Positions 28,130 through 37,397 of a stretch of 64,000 bases of DNA are shown piece by piece. The position numbers and the translations under genes were made by a program. The notes under the pieces are model-generated. The model did not search any database, was not told the origin of the DNA, and was given only the letters and a program-made list of their open reading frames with translations. Each line of letters starts with the position of its first letter. The stretch's first letter is position 1. Source of the DNA: a virus; the IMG/VR virus record IMGVR_UViG_3300034523_000174, positions 13,608 to 77,607 of that record, one strand, 5' to 3'.

Positions 28130-30451
28130 ATGCCCCTCAATCCCCTTGAACAGGCCCGGAGCGCCGCCAAGCTGTTACAGCTTCGCGAGCAGCTACAGTC
28201 GGGCACGCTCAATCCCATCGAACAAGTTCGCGTAACTGCCGAGGCGCTGGCGCTGTACACCGCGTTAGGTGGCGCCCCTATGGACGGCCCTAAGCCTGTC
28301 GACGCTGAGCAGGCCGCCGCTTTCGCCGCTGACGACGGCCTGAGTGATGACCCGAACGCCGAAAACTACCGCTACAAAGACACCGGGTATATCGCCGGGA
28401 GCCGAAAGGAGGAAGCCGCCGAGCTGATCCGTGGCGCCCGCGCATCCGGCACCATGCTGCGCGCCAGCGATATCGACTTTACCGCTATCGAAGCGAACCC
28501 CCGCGAAGCCAAGAAGCTGATCACCAAGTCCAACCTTTTCGGCGTGGTCGACTGGGCCGAACTGCAAGCGGGCGGCATGGACCCGGCGGCCGGCTTCCTG
28601 CTGGATCGCGCGTATGCCTCCGTAGGCAAGGAGCCTGGTGAGAATACCCCCGAGGCGCGCAAATCGTTTGTGCTGGGCATGGAGACGCTGCGCACCCGCA
28701 TGGAAGGGTGCAAGACCAGCAAGGACGTGCTGGCGGTAATGGACGATATCCGTGACGAGCTGATGGGCGCCAAGCTCAACGCCGACGAGACGGATCAATA
28801 TAAGACGCTCAGTCAGCAGTCCCATGAGCTTTATCAGCGCAGCCAAGCACTGCGCGACGTACAAGCTGGCCTCAGTGATTCCATGAACCGCGCCAGCCAA
28901 GCCGCGCGCACTGCCAAGTACGACATAGAAAAGCGCCTGAGCCGTGGTTGGAAGCTGACAGACGAGCACGAAAAGGCTGTGACTGATGCCGAAGCGGAAT
29001 CGCGCAAGGCTACAGAGGCCTGGCGGCAGAACCTGGAGCAAAACCGCGAAGCGCTCGATGACATGGACAATCAGCGCCGTGTGCTCAGCAAGCAACAACG
29101 TGAAATCGTCGATATCGCCAAGGTTCGCAACCTCAAGTCGCCGGAGTCTCAGGCCTGGCTATCGTTGGGCGAGCGCTTTATCAAGGCGGCCATGTTCCGC
29201 AGCCGTGCCGGATCGAGCACGTTCCGCGATCACGCGGCCAATGCGCTGGCGGGCGAGCCCAAGACGTGGGAGTGGGCGGAAAAGGACACTGCCACCGTTG
29301 AAAAGAAGGTGACTCAGAAGCGCCGGACCTTCGCGCTCAAGGTGATCGATGTCTTTGAGCGCAAGGGTGGGCGCACCGTACCGATCAACTCCACCAAGGA
29401 TCTGGAAACCCTCTGTGGATTCCGCGCCGTGCAAACGGGCAACTGGGTACAGAAGGACATCGACAGCGCCAAGTGGCATGTCGAGCAGGCCGCCGGCGCC
29501 ATGTGTGACATGGCCGACATGCTGGGGATCAGCGAAAAGGCCTTGGGGTTCGGCGGCCGGCTGGGCATGGCGTTCGGCGCGCGCGGCACTGGCAACGCTG
29601 GCGGCGCCACAGCCAAAGGCACCTATGAGCCGATCCACCGCGTAATCAATATCACCAAGATGAATGGCGGCGGGAGCCTGGGGCATGAGTGCTGGCACGC
29701 GGTCGATAACATCCTGCACAGCGTCCTGCGCGGTGAAGATGGCGGCGCCGAGGACTTCGCCAGCGCCAACCCGAGCCTGATGCCAGAGGGGCCGATTCGT
29801 GATGCGTTCACTTCGCTCAAGAAGGCCTTAACCGAGGGCGATCACAGGCTACCCGAGTCGATCAAGTTCACCGATAGGCAGCGCGCCAACGCCCGCCACA
29901 ACATCGACAGCCCGCATAACGAGGTCAGCCGCAAGATCAAGGCCGCCGGCAGTGCTGAGGCCGCTGTGCTCGCCGTGGATAGCCATTTTTCCGGGATTGA
30001 TAGCGAGCGCCTGCTGAAACTCAAGAAGCAATGGCGAACCCTGGCCGCCGCCTACTACGCCCCCGAGGGGGTAAGCGATATCCAGCTCAACACAGGCCGT
30101 GGCGTTTCCAAGTACATGGCCGAGGCCAAGGTGCTCGATGGAGCCAAGAGCAAAGAATATTGGTCCAGCGCTGACGAACTATCGGCCCGCGCTTTCCAGG
30201 GCTACCTGGAGGATCGCCTTGCGGAAAAGGGCCGCCAAAACGACTACCTGAGCAGTCTGGCCGACAACAAACACCACTACTTCCCTGAAATGGGGGAGCC
30301 CTTCAAGCCCTACCCCGAGGGCGAAGAGCGCACGCGCATAAACGCCGCATTTGATCAGGTGTTCCAGGCGCTACGCGACGAAAAGGCCTTTGAGAAGGCA
30401 CTGGAAAACACCGCTCTACTCGATTCGATTTTTGGGGTTCACCATGACTGA
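28130..30451 (+). CDS. Polyvalent protein with zincin-like HExxH and LPD1 domain
   Basis: LGMAFGARG...YEP...GSLGHECWHAVD; YWSS..ELSARAF..Y...YPEGEER..INAAFD. Confidence 0.75.
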   Translation: MPLNPLEQARSAAKLLQLREQLQSGTLNPIEQVRVTAEALALYTALGGAPMDGPKPVDAEQAAAFAADDGLSDDPNAENYRYKDTGYIAGSRKEEAAELIRGARASGTMLRASDIDFTAIEANPREAKKLITKSNLFGVVDWAELQAGGMDPAAGFLLDRAYASVGKEPGENTPEARKSFVLGMETLRTRMEGCKTSKDVLAVMDDIRDELMGAKLNADETDQYKTLSQQSHELYQRSQALRDVQAGLSDSMNRASQAARTAKYDIEKRLSRGWKLTDEHEKAVTDAEAESRKATEAWRQNLEQNREALDDMDNQRRVLSKQQREIVDIAKVRNLKSPESQAWLSLGERFIKAAMFRSRAGSSTFRDHAANALAGEPKTWEWAEKDTATVEKKVTQKRRTFALKVIDVFERKGGRTVPINSTKDLETLCGFRAVQTGNWVQKDIDSAKWHVEQAAGAMCDMADMLGISEKALGFGGRLGMAFGARGTGNAGGATAKGTYEPIHRVINITKMNGGGSLGHECWHAVDNILHSVLRGEDGGAEDFASANPSLMPEGPIRDAFTSLKKALTEGDHRLPESIKFTDRQRANARHNIDSPHNEVSRKIKAAGSAEAAVLAVDSHFSGIDSERLLKLKKQWRTLAAAYYAPEGVSDIQLNTGRGVSKYMAEAKVLDGAKSKEYWSSADELSARAFQGYLEDRLAEKGRQNDYLSSLADNKHHYFPEMGEPFKPYPEGEERTRINAAFDQVFQALRDEKAFEKALENTALLDSIFGVHHD

Positions 30452-32999
30452 TTTAGCTGAAAAGCACTTTAGCGCTATGGAGTTAATGCGCTTTAGCGCT
30501 GAGCTATTGCAAGTGCGCGCCACCCTGGTGGCGGACAAGCTAAACCCACTTGAGCGAGTGCGGTATAGCGCCAGAGGGTTGGAATTACGGGGCTTGCTGG
30601 GTTCGGCTGGCGTATCCCGCCGACCACAGCGCCGCCGAAATGCTGGCGCAGCGCCTGAGCCGCTACCGGCCGCGCCCACGCAACTGATAACGGACAAGAT
30701 CCCGCAGAAAAACGGCGGCGTCCTGGTGGTCGGTGATCCGGAGGCACTGGATACCTACGCCCGCACCTATCTCGACCAGGCCAAGTACACCAAGGCGCCT
30801 ACCGGGTTGCTGCTGACCAAGAGCCAGGCGCGACTGGCGCAGTACCTCCCGACCAGCCAAGAGGTATTGCCGTCGGGTGCGGTGATTTACCGCTATGCCG
30901 ATGGCGGCGTGGCGGTGGCCTTCGAACGAGAGCTGTCGGGTATTGCCAGTGACCTGGCCGACCTCAAGAGCCAGATGGGGCAGCGGTGGGGTGCGGAGAA
31001 ATACCGGGCCGTCTTTGGCGAAGACGCGGCACCGGCGGATATTGCGGCCTTCCAGGCAGAGCAGGACGCCATTGCGCAGCGTAAGGCCGAAAACGCCGCC
31101 GCTGCGATTGAAGAGGCCGAGGCGCCGCAACGGGAAAAGGAGGCGGCTGAGGCGCTGGCCAAGGTACAGGCCGAAGAGTTGGCGCGTATCCAGGCTGAGC
31201 AGGATCAAGCGAGCCGCGAGGACTTTGAAAAGACTATCGGCGTCGGCAAGGCTGAAAACCCGATCTATCAGGCCTACCTGGACACCCTAGAGACGCTGCC
31301 AACCTATGAGGACGGCAACTCTGCATTCCTTGGCTGGGCAACCCTGCGTGCTGGCGAGTTTGAGCGCCTGAGCAAAGGTCGTGTATCGGCCGACAAGGCT
31401 GGCCATCTGGCTTATGTGCGTCAGTGGGCAGATGAGCATCTTTCGGAGCGCGTGAAGTCCGGCGCCCAAGAGCCTGCCCCGGCCACTCAACACGAAATCA
31501 TTGAGTACACCACCAAGCGCGGGAAGGTTCTGCGCGGGATCATCCGCACCGACTTGAGCCAAGCCCAAGCCAAGGCCATCGACCCGTACACCTGGCGCAT
31601 GAATGGCGGTTACTTCATTCGCGAGCAACACCTGGACGGCGATACCGCGCATATCCAGGCCGCACCGGCGCCGGTCGTGCTCTCTCCCGAGCAGCAAGCG
31701 GAGAAGGCCGCCGCTGATGAGCGTCTGGCCGAAGAACGCCGCCAGAAGGCTCTTAGCACCCAAGTCGAGAAGCTGCGCGCGGTGGCTGACAAGGCCGTTG
31801 AAGGGGGTGAGGCGGATATGGGCCGGGATCGGCTCACCAACACCGCCAGACGCGCCGGTATGGCCGCCAGCGCCATCGCCAAGGCTGCCACCAACAAGGC
31901 CGACGGCCTGACGCTCAACAACATCGCGGACGCTATCGAAGTCGGCGCTGCTGGCCTGCTGACCAAGCTCAGCAGCCGCGCCCAACTGGAAGAGCTGCAA
32001 AGAGCGTTGCGCCTGGCGCAGTACGAGACGGATCGGCGCCTGAGCTACAGCGAGCAGCTGAAGCGCAAAGGCCGGCCGTTCGATGAAGATGATTTAAAAA
32101 ATGTCGTCATGCCGAGCCAGGTAACGTGGGCGAACCGCTTCAATGACGCCGCCAAGATCATTGCCAAGAAGAGCCCGACCGGTAATGCCCGGCTTATTGC
32201 TGCCCTGTACAAGATGGGCGCCCGCGCCGAACGCTTCACCATGAACCCCGAGGACGCCGCGATTACCCGAAAGGCCTATGACGTGCTCAAGGGGCTGAAA
32301 GAGGGGTACACGCTGCAAGACGCCGTGGAAAGCCTCGCCCGCCAGGATCGTCTGGCGCGTATGGGCATCACGGACGCATCGACCTTGCGCGAAGCCGCAC
32401 GCGAGCTGCTGCCGATGATGGTTGCAAAGACCGAAGAGAGCGCCGTCAAAAAAGCAGAGCGGGCAATCATTGGCCAGAAGGTCGGGATCGACTTTTTCCC
32501 AACGCCTGCAAACGTGGCGCAGCGCATGGCGCGCCTGGCGGGTATCAGTAAAGGGACGCGAGTACTTGAGCCAAGCGCCGGCAATGGCAACCTGGCAGAT
32601 GCTGCAAAGGCCGTCGGCGGCGAAGTGGACGTTATCGAGATATCCAGCCAGCTACGCGACATCCTGACGGCCAAGGGGTACACCGTCGTCGCTCATGACT
32701 TCGACGACTTCACGCCCGAGCAGCCATATCAGGCCATCGTGATGAATCCACCCTGGAGTTCTCGCAAAGACGCCAGCCAGATCATGCGCGCCTTCGACAT
32801 GCTGGCCAGTGGTGGGCGCCTGGTGGCGATTGCAGGTGAGGGCGTATTTTTCGGCCAGGATCAAAAGGCCGTGGCTTTCCGCGAATGGCTGGACACTCAC
32901 AACGCCACGGTTGAAAAGCTGGAAGGCGGTACATTCAAGGACAAAGACCTGTTGGCGCAAACCGGCGCAAACGGTCGAATTATCGTCCTCAAAAAGTAG
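30444..32999 (+). CDS. Large protein with C-terminal N6-adenine DNA methyltransferase (DarB-like MTase module)
   Basis: FFPTP, VLEPSAGNG (motif I), MNPPW (motif IV), GGRLVAI. Confidence 0.8.
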   Translation: MTDLAEKHFSAMELMRFSAELLQVRATLVADKLNPLERVRYSARGLELRGLLGSAGVSRRPQRRRNAGAAPEPLPAAPTQLITDKIPQKNGGVLVVGDPEALDTYARTYLDQAKYTKAPTGLLLTKSQARLAQYLPTSQEVLPSGAVIYRYADGGVAVAFERELSGIASDLADLKSQMGQRWGAEKYRAVFGEDAAPADIAAFQAEQDAIAQRKAENAAAAIEEAEAPQREKEAAEALAKVQAEELARIQAEQDQASREDFEKTIGVGKAENPIYQAYLDTLETLPTYEDGNSAFLGWATLRAGEFERLSKGRVSADKAGHLAYVRQWADEHLSERVKSGAQEPAPATQHEIIEYTTKRGKVLRGIIRTDLSQAQAKAIDPYTWRMNGGYFIREQHLDGDTAHIQAAPAPVVLSPEQQAEKAAADERLAEERRQKALSTQVEKLRAVADKAVEGGEADMGRDRLTNTARRAGMAASAIAKAATNKADGLTLNNIADAIEVGAAGLLTKLSSRAQLEELQRALRLAQYETDRRLSYSEQLKRKGRPFDEDDLKNVVMPSQVTWANRFNDAAKIIAKKSPTGNARLIAALYKMGARAERFTMNPEDAAITRKAYDVLKGLKEGYTLQDAVESLARQDRLARMGITDASTLREAARELLPMMVAKTEESAVKKAERAIIGQKVGIDFFPTPANVAQRMARLAGISKGTRVLEPSAGNGNLADAAKAVGGEVDVIEISSQLRDILTAKGYTVVAHDFDDFTPEQPYQAIVMNPPWSSRKDASQIMRAFDMLASGGRLVAIAGEGVFFGQDQKAVAFREWLDTHNATVEKLEGGTFKDKDLLAQTGANGRIIVLKK

Positions 33000-33021
33000 G
33001 TTCGAAACGCGCGAAAACCAT

Positions 33022-33062
33022 GCAAACCCCCGCCAAAAACGGGGGTTTTTGGCCCTTACCAT
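33022..33062 (+). promoter_or_regulatory. Late promoter overlapping a terminator hairpin
   Basis: GCAAACCCCCG-ccaaaaa-CGGGGGTTTTT, then TACCAT at +35. Confidence 0.7.
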
Positions 33063-33115
33063 CATTTCTGAAACTAATCGGGCGCAGCCCACCATTATCA
33101 GAAATGAGGTAACAC

Positions 33116-34801
33116 ATGCCTACGAACATTTACGCGCCCGGATCCGGCTTGGGTGAGGTTGCTGCCAAGGTTGGTGCATTGGTCGGTGCTGCGCGCGGCA
33201 ACGACAACATGCTCGACAGTCTCAGCGCTCCAGCCATGGATGCCGTGAAACTCGCCGTAGCAGACGCCAAAAACCTGCTGCCTGAGCGTATGGCTCGCCT
33301 GCTGGACAAGATCGAGGGCGAGGGCAGTCGCGCGTTGGCCGTTACCAGTATGCTGGACGGTATCGCCAGCTTTCAACGCAAGTGTGGTTTCTCCCCGTCC
33401 GCCGACATGATCGACGCGGTAATCTCCCAGGCGGAAAACCTGGCAGACGGCAAAGCTACCGACGTGCTGCCGCACGGAACCACCCTGGACAGCATCAGTA
33501 CCAACAATGCCTCGGCCACCCTGTCGCACCAGCCTAACCGCATCGCGGTAGCTATCACTGGCGGCCTGAGCGAGGCGATCCCGTTCGGCGCCTACCTGCC
33601 ATCCGACCTCAGTTCTAACGAGTCGAAGCTGGCCATCATCACCTCGATTGCCGGTTCGAACTTTGGCGCGTACAAGTCGGGCGAAATCATCGACGGCACT
33701 TCCGGCGGCCGCGAATACACCCGCTCCGAACGTGTTGTGGACGTTACTGTTGACGTAGCACGTACCGGTGGCACTTTCGCCATCAAAACCCAGTCGGATG
33801 GTGGCGGCGCTACCGTTCCATTGCTGCGTGGTCGTACCTCGATCACCGCCAACGGCTTCCCGGTTGCTTTCGAGCAAACCAACAACTCCGGTACAGACAG
33901 CTCGCTGATTTCTGGCCAGTTCAAGCAGGGCGCACAGTCTTACGTCATTACCGGTAGCGTCAACGTCGCCACCGGCGCCGGCACCCTGACCTTTGCCCCA
34001 GCCCTGGCCGCTGATATTGATATCGAAGCGCAAGGCTTCATCGACTTCGAAAGCAAGCCTGAGCTGGCGCCAAATATCGGCACCATCGCACAGAGCTACA
34101 GCCTGTACTGTGCACCGTCTCGCCTGATCATGCAGGCCACCCCGGATTCGCGCAGCCAGTCCCAGTCGGAATTGGGCGCCGACCGCCTGACCATCGCTGT
34201 GCAGGCCGCTCGCACCCAGCTGGCGAACGAGCGTTACATCGCCGCGCTGCATAAGGTCCGCAAGCTGGCCAAAAACACCAGTCGCGAATACGACTTTAAC
34301 GCTGCTGAGCAACTGACGCTGAAAACTCGTGCGGACGCCCTGCGCGACCTGGGCTCGTTCGTGTCGGCTGTTGACCAGGACGTGGCCAACCAGACCATGG
34401 AATACGGCCTGAGCTTCATGTACGTCGGTTCTAAGGGCATGTCCCAGTTCCTGACCATGGACGCCTCGGACTTCACCCCGTCCGGCCTCCAGTCGAAGCC
34501 AGGTATCTGGCGCATCGGCCGCTACAAGAACAAGTACGACGTGTACTACACCCCGTATGTCGTCCAGGAAACCGACACCGATATCGAAATCCTGTGCATC
34601 GGTCGCTCCCCGCAAGTGGCGCGTAACCCGATTGTCTTCTCGGATGCGGTATCCCCGACCCTGATCCCGCTGGCGGTGAACTCGGATCTGAAAACCGGCG
34701 CGGCGCTGTTCTCCCGCCAGCTGACCGAAGTGAACCCGCACAAGCCGTCGTCGTTGGGCTGCGCGCTGCTCACCATCAAAAACGTGTACGCACTGGGCTA
34801 A
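33116..34801 (+). CDS. Major capsid protein (P1 gp23-like)
   Basis: 561 aa, high-expression codon use, N-terminal propeptide with MLDS/MLDG/TLDS, lies upstream of the sheath gene. Confidence 0.8.
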   Translation: MPTNIYAPGSGLGEVAAKVGALVGAARGNDNMLDSLSAPAMDAVKLAVADAKNLLPERMARLLDKIEGEGSRALAVTSMLDGIASFQRKCGFSPSADMIDAVISQAENLADGKATDVLPHGTTLDSISTNNASATLSHQPNRIAVAITGGLSEAIPFGAYLPSDLSSNESKLAIITSIAGSNFGAYKSGEIIDGTSGGREYTRSERVVDVTVDVARTGGTFAIKTQSDGGGATVPLLRGRTSITANGFPVAFEQTNNSGTDSSLISGQFKQGAQSYVITGSVNVATGAGTLTFAPALAADIDIEAQGFIDFESKPELAPNIGTIAQSYSLYCAPSRLIMQATPDSRSQSQSELGADRLTIAVQAARTQLANERYIAALHKVRKLAKNTSREYDFNAAEQLTLKTRADALRDLGSFVSAVDQDVANQTMEYGLSFMYVGSKGMSQFLTMDASDFTPSGLQSKPGIWRIGRYKNKYDVYYTPYVVQETDTDIEILCIGRSPQVARNPIVFSDAVSPTLIPLAVNSDLKTGAALFSRQLTEVNPHKPSSLGCALLTIKNVYALG

Positions 34802-34813
34802 CAGGGGGCTGTC

Positions 34814-35431
34814 ATGGCTGCGAAGACTGGCGTTAAAGCGGCGGTGAAAACCGCTGCTGCTAAAACCGCAGCGGCCCCCAAGACCCCGGAAACCGTGGAG
34901 AAATCCACGGCCCTTCCGGGCGTTGGTGCGCCTGCTGATAACACCGTCCCACCAGGTGGCGAAAGCGAGACGGCCAAGGCCGAGCGCGAAGCTGCGGAAA
35001 AGCTCATGGACGAACTGCGCGAAGAGGCCGAGCGCCTGAATCGGGAGTGGGACGACAGCGCCGCGCGCTTGCTGGCCGAGCAAATGGGCCTGCTGGAAGA
35101 CGAAGCCCGCGCGGAGGATTTGGAGCGCGCCGAGCGCCTGAAAACCACGCAAACCACCCCCGAAGAGGGCGCCGCCGGTGCCGTAACTTTGATCGGGTGG
35201 GCGCTTCCAGAAATCAGCGAGTTTCCGGCCACTGTCACCCTCGAAAACCACACTCGCAACCGCGTCCCGGTGGCCGGCGCGAACATCGGCCTGGCCCCAT
35301 ATGAGCGGGTTGAAGTCACGGTTTCACAGGAGCAGTTCGCCAAGCTCGCCAAAGCGCTGACCAGCAGTGCGCGGGCGCACAAGTGGGACAACCTCAAAGG
35401 CTTGCAGGTGAAATATGACCGTAAAAATTGA
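34814..35431 (+). CDS. Hypothetical virion protein (Lys/Ala-rich N-terminus)
   Basis: In the capsid operon; C-terminus resembles the next gene. Confidence 0.65.
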   Translation: MAAKTGVKAAVKTAAAKTAAAPKTPETVEKSTALPGVGAPADNTVPPGGESETAKAEREAAEKLMDELREEAERLNREWDDSAARLLAEQMGLLEDEARAEDLERAERLKTTQTTPEEGAAGAVTLIGWALPEISEFPATVTLENHTRNRVPVAGANIGLAPYERVEVTVSQEQFAKLAKALTSSARAHKWDNLKGLQVKYDRKN

Positions 35432-35741
35432 TCGACAGGCTGGTAAAGCCCCGCGCCCACTCGTTGAGGCGTTGGTGGCAGGCCAGCAGTATCCGTTCCT
35501 GGCGTCGTTGACGCACATGAACAAAAAACCGGTGGTGGTCCCGTCCTCGGGCATCAATACCCCAATTGCACCAGGTGAGCCGGTTCAAGTGAAGGTTAAG
35601 AGCTTCGACCAGGCTTGGCTGTTGGTCACGGACCTGGCTGAGCTGGCGCACCGCGCTGGCAATGACGCCGCCGATTTTGCGGTGTTGGCAGCCCCCAAGG
35701 TCGCCAAGGCCAAGGCCGTCGAAGCCCAGGAGGCTAAGTAA
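35415..35741 (+). CDS. Hypothetical virion protein
   Basis: Translationally coupled to the sheath gene. Confidence 0.65.
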   Translation: MTVKIDRQAGKAPRPLVEALVAGQQYPFLASLTHMNKKPVVVPSSGINTPIAPGEPVQVKVKSFDQAWLLVTDLAELAHRAGNDAADFAVLAAPKVAKAKAVEAQEAK

Positions 35742-37387
35742 TGACTATCCCTTTTTCCCGCTCCATTGATAAGCGTTCGGGCGTACAGCTCAACTACATC
35801 AATGACATGTCGGAAATGCCGAGCACCAGCACCGTGGCGCACAACATGGCCATTACTGGTCGTTTTGCCCGTGGTCGCACGGACAAGGTGTTTGCGGTTT
35901 CTCGCGACAAGATCAAGCGCGTGCTGGGTTCTGCTCAGTCGTTGTCGGTAAGTGCACTGGGTGAGCCCTATGTGCATATCTATGAAGCGCTCAAGAAGGG
36001 CACCGTTCAGGCCATCGTTTCCCGCCTGGTCAGCGCCGACGCCACCAACAAGCTGATGGTTGCCACGGCCGCTGTTGCCCCCGCAGAAGGTCAGCCGGCG
36101 CCACCGGTCTGGACGCTGGTGGACGAAGCCACGGGCGCCACCGGTACCTACCTGATCGCCATCAAGCATTTGGAATGCTTCTCCGACGGCGTTAAGGCCG
36201 AGATTCACGCCGACGCCGCAACGGACGCCGAGGGCGAGCCTGTCGCGTCCAAAATCATCACCCTGCAACTGCGCGACGTGGCTACCAACGCCATCGTCCT
36301 CGGGCCTTACAAGGGCTCGCTTGATCCGGCGGCGCTCGATGAGTTCGGCCAGAGCAATTACATTGCCGATATCGTGGCGCAGTACACCGACCTGCTTCAG
36401 GTCGTCGACGTACATGCAGACGCAGAGGTACCAGTCGCGTGCGTGTTTTACGGCAAGAAGGACAATAAGGATGTCTATGCATCGGCAGCCCTGAATTACT
36501 TCACCGAAGGCTCTACGCTGTACACCACCGAGGATCTGGACGCCGCGATTGACCGTATCAAGCGTTCTAAGCCGACTTTTACTTACATCGGCGGTGGCGG
36601 TACCGAAAGCCTGGCGCTGATTTCTCGCCTGTTGGACCTGGGCAAGCAGATCAACAAGCAAGTGGTTTGGGACATTGCTGGTCGCTTCACTCCAGAAGCC
36701 GCCGCGACCTTCTACGCTTCGGTTGGCGGTGCGACTGACAGCCTGTACAGCCAGTGCTATTGGGCGCCGATCACGGCCACCAACCCGGTGGTAGGCGGTA
36801 AGGCCTATATGGGCACCTCGGGCATGAACATCGGCCTGCGCTGCGCTCGCAACGCACAGACCAACGCCAAGGGTATCGCCCCGCGCAACGTTGTGATTGC
36901 TGGTAGTGACTTCGCCGTCGACCGTACCAGCATGGTGCAAACCTATGAGCCGTCGGATGACGAACTGGAAGTGCTTGCCGCCAGCCGGATCAACCCGGTT
37001 ATCTACAAGGACTACGCCAGCGGCGGCAAATACGCCTGGCTCGATTCCTTGACCGGCGCGCAAACCGAAGGCGCTACCAAGCTGATCGCAGTTGTTGAAA
37101 TGGCAACTTACGTCGACGACACCATTGCCTCGGCGGCTCAGGAAGCTTTGCAGAAGCCTATGGCCAAGGCCATCGAGAAAACCACGAAGTTCATCGCCAC
37201 CTTCCTGGAATCGCTGCAATCGGCTAACTGGCTGCAACCAAGCGAAGCCCTCGACGGTGCCTGCTACCAGGCCACCATCCAGGCGAACGCCAACCAGCCT
37301 TTCGAGAAAATGAACATCGATACGGCCATCTGCTACGACGGTACGGCTCGCATCATCGTTCAGCAGCAGTCTATCGTCCGCACTTAA
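35741..37387 (+). CDS. Tail sheath protein (P1 gp22-like)
   Basis: 548 aa; GRFARGRTDK N-terminus, LAASRINPV...DSLT. Confidence 0.8.
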   Translation: MTIPFSRSIDKRSGVQLNYINDMSEMPSTSTVAHNMAITGRFARGRTDKVFAVSRDKIKRVLGSAQSLSVSALGEPYVHIYEALKKGTVQAIVSRLVSADATNKLMVATAAVAPAEGQPAPPVWTLVDEATGATGTYLIAIKHLECFSDGVKAEIHADAATDAEGEPVASKIITLQLRDVATNAIVLGPYKGSLDPAALDEFGQSNYIADIVAQYTDLLQVVDVHADAEVPVACVFYGKKDNKDVYASAALNYFTEGSTLYTTEDLDAAIDRIKRSKPTFTYIGGGGTESLALISRLLDLGKQINKQVVWDIAGRFTPEAAATFYASVGGATDSLYSQCYWAPITATNPVVGGKAYMGTSGMNIGLRCARNAQTNAKGIAPRNVVIAGSDFAVDRTSMVQTYEPSDDELEVLAASRINPVIYKDYASGGKYAWLDSLTGAQTEGATKLIAVVEMATYVDDTIASAAQEALQKPMAKAIEKTTKFIATFLESLQSANWLQPSEALDGACYQATIQANANQPFEKMNIDTAICYDGTARIIVQQQSIVRT

Positions 37388-37397
37388 GGGGTATCAC

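Noticed and set aside
30444-32999. Restriction-modification system
   Set aside because: No adjacent restriction endonuclease or specificity subunit; late promoter context and shared tag favour virion cargo.
33098-37237. Long minus-strand ORFs (717 aa, 550 aa) and similar shadow ORFs elsewhere
   Set aside because: Antisense to strongly codon-biased capsid and sheath genes, with no recognisable motifs.
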